From Eledone cirrhosa (lineage: Eukaryota), in assembly GCA_964016885.1 (NCBI GenBank), contig OZ024755.1:35340001-35404000 (forward strand): a DNA stretch of 64,000 nt, in the 5' to 3' direction. Below the pieces are notes generated by a model, which saw only the letters and a program-made list of their open reading frames with translations, did no database searches and was not told the DNA's origin. The position numbers were made by a program, and so were the translations under genes. Below, piece by piece: positions 50,411 through 62,962 of the stretch; the first letter of the stretch is position 1, and every line of letters begins with the position of its first letter.

Positions 50411-51039
50411 GGTAAAGTCCTTCATAAGAGAACAACATTGTTTTTTTACCAAGGGGTTTTCTTCCCTTCTTGTCACACAAATTTACACTATCCCTTAAAA
50501 CCTCTGGCCCACTGTTTAACCCCTCAATATCTTGTACTCTTATAAAGATGCTATCTATTCCCTTAAGCTATTAAATTAATGGCCATAAGTCAGATCATAT
50601 CACTTCTGCTCAACCTAAATCCATTTCTGTCAAAAACCAAGTAATTTCAATTAATAAATGTACACTTTATTCTACTAGATTCCAATCAATAGTCATGTGG
50701 TAAATATTTGTTATGTACCAGCCATCATGTTAAATGATTTAACCTACATAATCATATTTCAAGTTACTTCAATCAAGAAAATGTTTTTGTTATTGCTTTA
50801 TCAGCAAGTAATTTGATATTAAAAGATCTTTTCTGTTTATGTTAGGACACTCTTGAATGCTACTGGTAACATGTAACCCAGTACAACCTGTCACATGGTC
50901 GGGTCGTCGACGACTAAACTGGCAACCCCACCAAGTTTACTTAGTGAGGAGCGTGATTTTGGACACCCTGCAGGACAAAACACAAAACCTGACAAAGAAC
51001 GGAAGAACTCATAAGTCAACGGCCATCTAAAAAAACAAA

Positions 51040-51322
51040 TCCTGCCAAATCAATGGGTGGCAGTAGTTCCAGCTACACACATCAAAAGACTGATGTAGTG
51101 GTTCTGAGAACAATGTGGCTTTGCAGATGATCAATACAAATTGACAATGGAAAGGCGCTCCCGCTCGTGTTAGAAGAGAACTATTGACCTTCAGGAGAAG
51201 CAGTGACCCCTGATTGTATTCAGCAACTGAAACAAATATGAAGTACTCCAAACCCAATGCTCCTAGGGGCAGCCCTGGTTCTTCTTATTTGTGAGTGCAA
51301 ACTCGGCCAGATAAGATTAGAT
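51040..51322 (+). mobile_element. Headless CORE-like SINE body with (TAGAT)n tail
   Basis: Reverse complement of 40345-40630. Confidence 0.82.
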
Positions 51323-51779
51323 TCTGATTAAGCCATGTCTATCTCTGTCAAAGATGGTGTGATTATTGTCTGGTGACCACTCATCAGTGATATGTACAAG
51401 TTAGTTTGGCCAAAATGCATTTCCTAAACAGCTGCTGACCCTCTGCAGTATACTTGTGTACTCCACATGTGTTGTTCACATATCTGGAATGATGTAGTTA
51501 ACATGCATATATAAATATTCTGGACTCCATTCAAAGAAAGCTTGTGAAAATAATAGGTAAGTTTTCATTTAAAACTACAAAACAACTCACATACTGCATC
51601 GGGTCACTATTTCTTATACAGTACTACTTGGTCTTTTGACTTTTGAAACATCAAGCATAGGACCACATCCTCAATGCAGATTTACATCTGGTAAAACTAC
51701 AGATGTGATCTGTAGTGTTGGGTATTTTAAGGAAAAGTGCTCAGAGAAAAGACTTACCCTTTGTCAAGTTTTCATCGAC

Positions 51780-51972
51780 TTAACCCTTTAGCATTTAAAC
51801 CGGCCATATCCGGCCAGGATGCTCTCACCTCTTTCTGTTCAAACCAGCTGTAACCAGCCTCTCATACTTATGCTAAGGTATTGTTTTCAAAATAAATAAT
51901 ATCAAAATCTCGTAGATTCAATGTTATACGAGATATTTATGTGAGATAAAGCCTTTACTGTGAAAATACATT
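51780..51972 (+). mobile_element. piggyBac-type MITE, right end missing
   Basis: TTAACCCTTTAGCATTTAAACCGGCC start. Confidence 0.82.
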
Positions 51973-52645
51973 ACTCTATATTTATTATTGTAAGTGGTTA
52001 ATAAATATTATTGTAAGGGTTAATAAATGGTTTTCATATGGTGACTAGAAATTCACAATGAAGACCAACACAAAATGTCTTCATGTATGCTATTCCATCA
52101 ATCACACCTGGACAGAGCTGTACATTATGTTCAAAGGTATACACATCCACTACCAGGTTGAAAATCTATTTTAAATGGATGTACAACAGTCCCTGTCAAT
52201 GTCCTTCACTAAATTCCATGCCATACCTGATATAAGAAATTTAGAATAAAGTTGGAGCTTAGTAATCATCGAAGTACCCCTGGCAGAAAGGTTAACATAT
52301 GTTAGTAGCAAATGATTGCAGTTTAAGGGTGGTTTTGCTCAAGATCAAGTTGACAACCATCATATGTATGTATATATGTGCGTGTGTGTATATGTGTATG
52401 TGTGTGTGTATGTGTATATACATATATATTTAGAGGGAGACAAACAGACATAAAAATAGATAGATAGGTAGGTAGATAGATAAATAGACAGACAGAAAGA
52501 CTGTAAATGAGGTTGGAGTTAAAAATCAAGCCAAAATCAGTTCTGTATAAGCAAAACATGGTCACCTGACCTGGCATTGCCCACAAGACAACCCGTCTAA
52601 CCCATGCTACCGTGGAAGAATGGACATATATAGATAGATAGATGT

Positions 52646-52677
<32 letters not shown>

Positions 52678-53671
52678 ATAGAGAGATAAATAGAGAGATG
52701 ATCAATTCATCTATTTATCTATATATATATATATTTATCTTTCTAAATACAATATATTAAGTACCAAACCAACAGCTTCTCATTCCCTTAAAAATATCAT
52801 TATCTCTAAAATGTCAGTTGAGTATTATCTAGTCAACTTAGCTCATTAGCAGATGCACATAGATGATATATCATTCTAGAAATTGAAATTGACTAGACAA
52901 CATATATCTGAAGATCTATGAGATAAGGAATGGCTATAAAACTATTCAGTGGAGACAAATACAGAAATATAATCATCACTAGGCAGCTGATCTTATCTCA
53001 CAATATAAAGCAATAGTTATCCTCAGATAGAATTTAACTAACATATTTATCTGCAAAATAAATTTTTATATAAATATTTCAAGAAAATTGTAGGAAAATC
53101 TCCCATTATATATATATTTTTAATTTTCTCATAATTACATTCCATGTTTATAGGTTTATTTATAAAATAATTTGTTTTAGATGATGTTTTATTATTAATT
53201 TCTAATTTGTATTTTAATGTATTTCACAACTGTTGATGAATTAAACGTAATAACTTCTTATATCCATTGCTGATCTTCTGTTAATCATATGTTGTTCATA
53301 ATAAGTCCACTAAGTATTGTTGTCACTAATAGTCTTATTATTGATTACTAGTATATAACCCAATGTTTTACAAACAGATTAAGTAATATTCTGTTTCTTC
53401 ACCAAACATTAACAAATCTGTTTGTAGATTATCCAAGATGGCCGACTGAATATGCACATGTTTTTTTTTTTCTCTCCATTTTTTTTCTCATTTTTCCCCA
53501 TTCCTTCCTCTCATCACTCTTTACTTTCTATTTATCTTCTATTTCTAACTATCTTCTGATGAAAGACTAGTGCTCAAGACATTAAGACTCTTCCTGCTAT
53601 TTCAAGCATTAAATTAATATATTTCTTCCATGTGCTGTGCTGTTTGTTTTTGTTATTTTTGTTTACCTTTT

Positions 53672-54080
53672 GCATACACATATATGTATATACATATATA
53701 TATATATACACACATATATATATACACACATATATGTATATACACACATATATATATACACACACATATATATATACACATATATATATACACATATATG
53801 TATATACATATATATATATACACACATATATATATACACACATATATATATATACACACATATATATATACACACATATATATATACACACATATATATA
53901 TATATACACATATATGTATATACACATATATATATATATATACACATATATGTATATACACATATATATATATACACATATATATATATACACATATATA
54001 TATATACACATATGTATATACACATATATGTATATACATATATATACACATATATGTATATACATATATATCTATATATA
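53672..54080. repeat. (TA)n/(CA)n compound microsatellite
   Basis: Directly visible. Confidence 0.95.
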
Positions 54081-54116
54081 TTTCTGTTTACCTTTGGCAT
54101 ACACATATGTATATAC

Positions 54117-54510
54117 ATCATCATCATCACCGTTTTACGTCCGTTCTTCCACGCTAGCATGGGTTAGACGGGTTGTCCTGTTGTGGGCAGTGTCTGGTCG
54201 GCTGACCATGCCTTGCTCATACAGGAACTGATTTGGCTTGATTTCTACAGCTGGATGCCCTTCCTAACACCAACCTCATTTACAGTGAGTGCTGGGTGCT
54301 TTTTCGTGGCGCCTACACGTCCACTTTACAGTGTGGGCTGGGTGCTTTTTTGCCGTGGCACCTCCACGACCACCTTGCGGTGGGGGGTGTGGGGGCATAT
54401 TGGCTATATGCTTCAGCTTGTACCCATGGGAGGTCGGGTACTCTGTATTACTGCGTGACGCCAGAGGTCACGGTCGTGTGTCATTGCCTTTGAAAGGTGT
54501 AATTGGGTAA
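54117..54510 (-). mobile_element. Non-autonomous RTE-tailed retroelement
   Basis: Reverse complement of 47540-48093 with fewer 48-bp units. Confidence 0.8.
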
Positions 54511-54546
54511 GGTCGGCTTTTATCACCTCACAAGGTCGGCTTTTAT

Positions 54547-54579
<33 letters not shown>

Positions 54580-54966
54580 ATATATAAGATCAAAAGATGG
54601 TTAAAAGAGTTCCAAGTATTTTATTATTCGCATTTCAAAAACAAATCTAACCATCAAATTTTAACCATCTTTTGATCTTAAATTATTTATACCCCAGTCA
54701 TGCTTTGGCGCATAGAGTTACGGCCCTTGCCATTCTGAGTTCAAATCCCGCCGAGGTTAACTTTGCCTTTCATCCTTACGGGGTCGATAAAATAAAGTAC
54801 CAGTAATACACTGGATAATTGCTGGCCTTGTGCCTAACATAGAAACAATTATTTATACCCCAGTCCTACAAACTGTAGTCCTACAAACTGTAGTCCTACA
54901 AACTGTAGAGTGCTACTTATCCGATATTTGCATTGCTTTATTGCACTACAATAAAACTCACCTCCT

Positions 54967-55017
<51 letters not shown>

Positions 55018-55188
55018 GGTGAGTTTTATTGTAGTACAATAAAGCAATGCAGATATCGGATAAGAAGCACTCTACAGTTTGTGGGACTGGAGTATGCATA
55101 ATATAAGATCAAAAGATGGTTAAAGGATGTTGATTTAAAACTGCACTATCAACAAGTGTTTTTTTAGCCTTCATATCATGTTCTCCTG

Positions 55189-55255
55189 TTTTATCTGATG
55201 AAAACACAAATATTATTGTTTGATGATGTTTGTTTTTGAAATGCGCATAATAAAA
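55189..55255 (+). ncRNA. Minimal type I hammerhead ribozyme (same family as 27543)
   Basis: uuuuau-CUGAUGA-stem II-GAAA-UGCGCA-UA-auaaaa; core unchanged, substitutions confined to stem II and its loop. Confidence 0.8.
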
Positions 55256-55807
55256 TATATTGAACTCCTTTAACCATCTTTTGATCTTATATTATATATA
55301 TATATATATATATATTTCTGTTTACCTTTGGCATACACATATATATATACATATATGTATATCTACGTATATATATATACATATATGTATATCTACATAT
55401 ATATATATTGTTATACTTGGGGAGGGTCATATTTGTGTAATATTGCCAGAATTAATAACAGAACACACTCACTGTTTGGTTGGTTTTCGCTTTTCGCTTC
55501 TGTGTCTTTTATATCGGTAATCTAATTTATTCGGTCCTCAATGTTGCCATTGACTGACCAACGGTAAAAAATAATACAGATACAATATAGACACAAACAC
55601 ATATATAGTTTATCAAAGTTCATTTGTTGCACATCTGCAACATCGTCAGTGGTGCTATTGTTTCCTCCCATTACATTGTATGTCTACGCCATCACAGTGA
55701 GTGTGTCCTGTTATTAATTCTGGCAATATTACACAAATATGACCCTCCCCAAGTATAACAATATTTGTTTCGACACACGATTTCATATAAAAACCCTCGC
55801 AAAACTA

Positions 55808-55811
55808 ATAC

Positions 55812-55848
<37 letters not shown>

Positions 55849-55868
55849 TGTATATCTACATATACATA

Positions 55869-55901
<33 letters not shown>

Positions 55902-56275
55902 GTATATCTACATATACATATATATATATATATATATACATATATATGTATATCTACATATATATATATCTACATATACATATATATATATATATACATA
56001 TATATGTATATCTACATATATATATATATACATATATATACATATATATACATATATATGTATATCTACATATATATATATATACATATATATACATATA
56101 TATACATATATATGTATATCTACATATATATATATATACATATATATACATATATATACATATATATGTATATATACATATATATATATATACATATATA
56201 TATATACATATATATGTATATATACATATATATATATATACATATATATATATACATATATATACATATATATAC

Positions 56276-56306
<31 letters not shown>

Positions 56307-56385
56307 CATATATATACATATATATACATATATGTATATCTACATATATATATATATACATATATATACATATATGTATATCTAC

Positions 56386-56418
<33 letters not shown>

Positions 56419-56628
56419 CATATATGTATATCTACATATATATATATATATACATATATGTATATCTACATATATATATATACATATATATATATCTACA
56501 TATATATATATATCTACATATATATGTATATCTACATATATGTATATCTACATATATGTAAATCTACATATATGTATATCTACATATATGTATATCTACA
56601 TATATGTATATCTACATATATGTATATC

Positions 56629-56666
<38 letters not shown>

Positions 56667-56922
56667 TGTATATCTACATATATATATATATATATACATT
56701 TATGTATATCTACATATATATATATACATATATGTGTATCTACATATATATATATATATATACATATATGTATATCTACATATATATAGTTTAGCGAGGT
56801 TTTTTATATGAAATCGTGTGTCAAAACAAATATTGTTATACTTGGGGAGGGTCATATTTGTGTAATATTGCCAGAATTAATAACAGAACACACTCACTGT
56901 TTGGTTGGTTTCGCTTCTCACG

Positions 56923-57002
<80 letters not shown>

Positions 57003-57003
57003 G

Positions 57004-57095
<92 letters not shown>

Positions 57096-57247
57096 CATAT
57101 ATATATATACATATATACATGTATACATATATACATACATATACATATATATACATATACACATGTATACATATATACATACATATACATATATATACAT
57201 ATACATATATATACACATATATGTATATTCATATATATATATATATA
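55808..57247. repeat. About 1.4-kb (TA)n-rich block with a 130-bp putative PLE end fragment at 56788-56920
   Basis: Directly visible; source of the long YI-rich ORFs. Confidence 0.95.
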
Positions 57248-57795
57248 AAATAGAGGAGCCATTGTAAAACAGACCTCACTCATCAGGCGCAAGGACAAAA
57301 TTTAAAGCTACTTCAAGAAATATGGTCATATTTTGTGAAGAGTTCTCCTTGAGAACAAAGGGGACAATTCCCCAAACAAACCCTAAATTATAATGATGCA
57401 ACCAGCACTACATGCTTTGAATCAATGTGTATGTATAAAATGTGCACAACTAAAGTTGTAAGTTATTATTAAAAAGCATTGAAGGACCTTAAAGATTCCC
57501 GTTACAATACAGAAAAGGTCATATACTGTAAACTGTTCATCCTTAAAAAACAAAAAAAAAACAAAAACAAGCGAGATAATTCTCTCTGGCAAATTTTTAA
57601 GGATTGTATGAATGCTTTCTTCTCTCATATGCATAATGAAGGTTGTAAAGGTAGGTTTGAATAGAAATGTGTATTACCTAGCGTATAAAGTATTTTGTAA
57701 TTCTTAAACCACTTCTAAAAGTTTCCTAAAAATATAAAACATGAAAACTAAAAAAATACGAATTGTATATGGGTGTTACTTAATATGTAATTGTG

Positions 57796-59165
57796 TAACC
57801 CTTTAACATTTAAACCGGCCATAACTGGCCAGAATTCTTTCACCTCTTTCTGTTCAAACCGGCTGTATCTGGTCAGAATTCTCTCACCTCTTTCTGTTCA
57901 AACCGGCTGTATCTGGCCAGAATTCTTTCACCTCTTTTTGTTCAAACCGGCTGTATCTGGCCAGAATTCTCTCACCTCTCTCTCTTCAAACTGGCTGTAT
58001 CTGGCCAGAAATTTCTCACTTTTATCTGTTCAAAACAGCCATATCTGGTCAGATTTCTCTCATACTGATGTTAAGGTATTGTTCTCAAAATAGATAATAT
58101 CAAAATCTCGTAGATTTGATAATATAATAGTAAATATAGAGTAATGTAAATACTAAAGGAGTAAGTCATGGTAAACCATGGATTTGCACATACAAATCCC
58201 CTCTCTGAAGCACAAGCCTGAGCAAGGGGTTTTTGTGGCAGACACCAATCTCCCCTCTCCATATAACTAGTGGCGGCACATTGCGTCTTGGCTCCAGTGC
58301 AACTCGTGTTTTCCAGCTGAGTGAAGTGGGGCAATGTGAAACGAAGACACAATGTGCCACCCTGTCAGAGAATCAGTTACAACCTCAATGTGTGTGTTCC
58401 CAAAACTCTAACCACTAACTCTCACTTCAACATGCCCCTCACCAGACCTGCTAAATTCTCCATGACACCATTTTTCTGTCATCTACACATATAACAGATC
58501 CCCAAGCACACACAGTGTTCAGGAATACATTTTTCTTGGGAAATTGTTTGAAAGAACTTTTTCAAAAAAGAGTTTTAACTCTTCGGCATTTAAATTACTT
58601 TATATTTACTATTGTATTTTCATGGTAAAGGCTTTATCTCAATTAATTATTTCACATAATATCGAATCTACGAGACTTTGATATTATTTATTTTCAAAAC
58701 AATACCTTAACATAATTATGAGCAGCTGATTGTGGTTTGTTTGAACAGAAAGAGGTGAGAGAATTCTGGCAAGATACGGCCGGTTTGAACAGAAGAAGGT
58801 GAGAAAAATCTGGCCAGATATGGCAGGTTCGAACAGAAAGAGGTGAGAGATTTCTGGCCAGATACAGCCGGTTTAGACAGAAAGAGATGAGAGAATTCTG
58901 GCCAGATATGGTTGGTTTGAAGAGAAAGAGGCAAGAGATTTCTGGCCAGATACAGCCAGTTTAAACAGAAAGAGATGAGAGAATTCTGGCCAGATATGGT
59001 TGGTTTGAAGACAAAGAGGTGAGAGAATTTTGGCCAGATACAGCCGGCTTGAACAGAAGGTGAGAAAAATCTTACCAGATACAGCAGGTTTAAATGCTAA
59101 AGGTTTGAACAGAGAAAGGCGAGAGAATTCTAGCCAGATACGGCAGGTTTAAATTCTAAAGGTTT
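57796..59165. mobile_element. Inverted pair of piggyBac-type MITEs (57796-58160 +, 58575-59165 -), both with 44-bp tandem expansions, around a decayed CORE-like SINE (58200-58420, -)
   Basis: Unit CTGGCCAGAATTCTCTCACCTCTTTCTGTTCAAACCGGCTGTAT (period 44) and its reverse complement. Confidence 0.82.
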
Positions 59166-59206
59166 AAGGAGGATTTTTCTGCTCCAAGCTTTTGCATTGA
59201 TGATGG

Positions 59207-59360
59207 GCGGAGGTGGTGAGAGCAGACCTCAGATCGCTGAAGCTCACGGACCAGATGACGAAGGACCGTGACAAGTGGAGAGATGCTGTGCTGAATAGGA
59301 CCCGTCCCACCCTTGCAAGAAGGGAAAAGTGGACGTATGATGATATAATGATGATGATGA
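59207..59360 (+). mobile_element. RTE 3' end (family of 38574-39182)
   Basis: WAEVVRADLRSLKLTDQMTKDRDKWRDAV, then the tail and (GAT)n. Confidence 0.85.
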
Positions 59361-60244
59361 TATATACTCATTAGTACAGAATGTGGTGTCACATACTTCT
59401 ATATAGTTTACCATTACCATCCAGCAGCCAGTTTTGGTATGGCTGGAGTTTACTGTAATGATGATGATGATGATGATGGTTACAGGAGAAATGAACAATG
59501 TGAATTTATTCAATGTATTAGTTGCAAATATAATAATTAGTAGAACAAAACATCAACACAATACTGAGTTAAGGCTTAGACAGGAAATTGATTTTGTAGC
59601 TATTTTTCACAGATTTCCTCACTTGCATGAACAAAAAAATAATGTGATGTATTAAAACCTGTTGTTATTGTTTTCTTTATTTTATTTATTTGTATAGTAC
59701 ATTTTTTTTATATTTTCTTTATATTTTCTTCATTTTTTAAAAATATTTTCTTCATTTTTTCTTGTTTTTTTTTAATATTTTCTTCATTTTTTTTTTATAT
59801 TTTCTTCATTTTTTTTCCTAGTAGAATTTTCCACTGTGGTATTGTCAAGAGATTACTGAATATTTCAAACATTTGCATATGATTTGTTCCTTTCATCCTT
59901 CTTAATCCATTTAGTAAAGACTAATCTACAGAAACAGACAAATTACACACCACCGCACTAGACATACTCACACATATATATTATATATGTATGTGAGTGT
60001 GTATGTGTATATATATATATATATATTCGTTTAACCCATGTCGCCTTGGAAAAATGGACATAAAACAATGATATCTCTCTCTCATATATATATATATACT
60101 CTTTTACCTGTTCCAGCCATCCAGCTGAGGCCCTGCTGGGGCACCGCCAAATATATATATATAAATCTTATATATATATATATAAAATCATATATATATA
60201 AATCTTAACCATTTAACATCTCAGGGTATGTCATGTATCATTAT

Positions 60245-60297
60245 ATTTTGTCTGATGAGGACGTACTGTTGTACATCCGAAATATGTATAATAAAAT
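60245..60297 (+). ncRNA. Minimal type I hammerhead ribozyme
   Basis: auuuugu-CUGAUGA-ggacguac(uguu)guacaucc-GAAA-uaugua-UA-auaaaau; predicted cleavage after 60290. Confidence 0.8.
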
Positions 60298-60628
60298 GTA
60301 ATTGATCAAAAGAACATCTATTTTATTAATATTTGTATTTTAATATTAATAAGTCTGGAAAATTATTTTCCGTAGAGTGCTTCTAATCTACTGTAAAACT
60401 CATTCTTTGATATACTCATTGAATCTTGTTTCACTCTTTAATATATATATATATAACAAAGGAAGTATGGTAAGGAACCCAGTGGACCATAACGCATCAG
60501 AGTACTCAATACTTAGGGTAGTAGAGTGGGTAACAGGAAAAAACAGTCAGGACCCCAACGGCTGAGCTCCAGCCATTTTGACAGCGTTCAGATCTAGCTG
60601 CCAAAATGGCCAGAGCTCAGCCATCGGG

Positions 60629-60722
<94 letters not shown>

Positions 60723-61092
60723 TGGACACACACTAGTGTATATTAGTACAAACATAAATAAGCTCACATATTACACATATAGATATAGCTTTCCTTCAAG
60801 TAAACATACACACAGACTAAATTATAACCCTTCCCCCACTCAATAACAAAGTTTGCAGTATGCTTGCTTAATCAAAAGAAATCATCAACAATTATTAGAT
60901 TTGACTGCTGCCTCTCTCAAGCCCCAATTCACTTCAATTTTGTCAACCACTCTACTTTCTACCACCTCACCACACTTCCTTGTCACTCATCATTGTCTTA
61001 ATCTAAGGAATTGGAAACTGTCAATGCTGTCTGAGTATATCTGAGCTTGTTCTTGCACATCCGTGTTAGTGTGAATGTTGTTTTGTTTAGGG

Positions 61093-61454
61093 CAGAGGTT
61101 CTCAAACTTTTCAGGCCATCCCCCCCGCCCCTCATGGCCACATAATACCCTCAGCACCCTCCCCCCTAACGCTATTTCCAGAAAGACCTGCCTACACGCA
61201 AATCATAAATAATATATAATAAATGAAATTGTTAATTTATATATAATATATAACACAATATATACTATGTATAAATAAATATTATATATTTTTTTTATCT
61301 TACTATATTTATATATCATATGAATCATTTGTTATACTATTATGTCATCTCTACCGCCTCCCCCACCACCCACTTAGGCTCCAGCACCCCTTGGATCTTC
61401 TCAAGACCCTCCCCGTCGGGGGGAGGGGGGTAACACCCACTTTGAGAACCCCTT
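61093..61454. mobile_element. hAT (Charlie-like) MITE
   Basis: TIRs CAGAGGTTCTCAAAC / CTTTGAGAACCCCTT; TSD not clear. Confidence 0.65.
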
Positions 61455-62040
61455 CGGTGGTTTTCTGCTAGCATGTGTAGTGTGCATATTGATATTATAC
61501 ACAAATATATATACATGTAGATATGATACATCAAATAAAATCGTAATTGACAATATCCACAGAAATTGAAGAGAATCTATGTTACACTTTCTTCTGTAAT
61601 CAGTAAAGTAATCCAGGATACATTAAAAAAAGACGATATTATATCATCATCATCATCATCGTTTAACGTCCATGTTCCACATTTGCATGGGTTTGGACGG
61701 GAGTTTTCCCACTTGAGGCAAGAGTGGTTGTCTTGCTCGCATAGGACTGTCTGGTGGGTTTTCTACAGTTGGATGCCCTTCCTAACACCAACCACATTTA
61801 CAGTGTGAGGCTGGGAGGTTTTTACCGTGTTGCCTACATGGCCACATTACAGCGTGGACTGTCTGGCGGGTTTTCTACAGCCAGATGCCCTTCCTAACAC
61901 CAACCACCAACATTATATATAAACTGCTTTATGGTGAAATGTAGTGAAAACGAAAAAGGAGAAAATTAGTGACAGAAATATAAACATTATATAAAGATCT
62001 AAATATATGAATGTTTATATAAGCGATGTAATAAGTGTTA

Positions 62041-62205
62041 TAATTGTTTCTACTTTTGGCACAAAGCCAGCAATTATCCCAGTGTATTACTGGTACTTTA
62101 TTTTATCGACCCCGTAAGGATGAAAGGCAAAGTTAACCTCGGCGGGATTTGAACTCAGATCATAAAAGGCCATAACTCTTTGCTGCAAAGCATGCCGTCA
62201 GACCC
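62041..62205 (-). mobile_element. SINE family A copy, 5' truncated
   Basis: Reverse-complement match. Confidence 0.85.
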
Positions 62206-62370
62206 TAAATTTACCAAAATTGCCCCCCCCCCCAATTCAGAAATGTTTCCACCACTCCCTGAGCTACCCAGCTTGCCACTATAGTTGTAGTAGTAGCAGT
62301 AATTCTGGTAAAGCACGAAGAGAACCATAATCGGTTTTATCTCTGTTAATCGCTGATGTTTTAATGGTTT

Positions 62371-62580
62371 AGGCATGTGGCTGAGTGGTTAGAGAATTGG
62401 ATTCGCAGTCGCAAGGTTGTGAGTTCGATTCCTGGACTGGGCGATGTGTTATGTCGTTGGGCAAGACACTTTATTTCTTGTTGCTCCTTCTACCCGGAGT
62501 TGTGACCGATAGATAGTATTAGCAATTGGAAAGATCAATGGAATCGGTCTGATTTGACGAAAGTCGATCGCTCCTTACTA
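62371..62580 (+). mobile_element. CORE-like tRNA SINE, second tail type
   Basis: GGCATGTGGCTGAGTGGTTAGAG...GAGTTCGATTCC...TTGGGCAAGACACTT. Confidence 0.85.
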
Positions 62581-62769
62581 AAAAGGGCCATGATCCTAAC
62601 TTACCAATTTATAAACTTACCTGATTACCAATTTATGATAATAGTAATTACTGTATGTACTCGAATATAAGTTGATTCGAATATTTGAATATTTGTGTGG
62701 AAATATATAAAGAATGGTGGTCAGAATTTTGTATAAAACTGGCTTTTGGGAGTGGTTGGTATGTATGTG

Positions 62770-62962
62770 TTTGTGTATGTTTGTATGTATATGATTGTGT
62801 GTATGTTTGTATGTATATGATTGTGTGTATGTTTCTATGTATATGATTGTGTGTATGTTTCTATGTATATGATTGTGTGTATGTTTCTATGTATATGATT
62901 GTGTGTATGTTTCTATGTATATGATTGTGTGTATGTTTCTATGTATATGATTGTGTGTATGT
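62770..62962. repeat. 26-bp minisatellite (TATGTATATGATTGTGTGTATGTTTC)n
   Basis: Period 26 (62821, 62847...). Confidence 0.9.

Noticed and set aside
53551-53590. ucuu-CUGAUGA...aaga hammerhead-like motif
   Set aside because: No GAAA and poor stem II; possibly an old relic but unsupported.
55739-56811. Long ORFs (about 350 aa) rich in Y/I/H/T, and similar ORFs at 1081-1939, 7402-8175, 44961-45390 and 53574-54231
   Set aside because: Translations of (TA)n/(CA)n microsatellites, which lack stop codons by composition.
62371-62445. tRNA gene (also other SINE heads)
   Set aside because: A and B boxes are present but there is no acceptor-stem closure, and the sequence runs into a SINE core.
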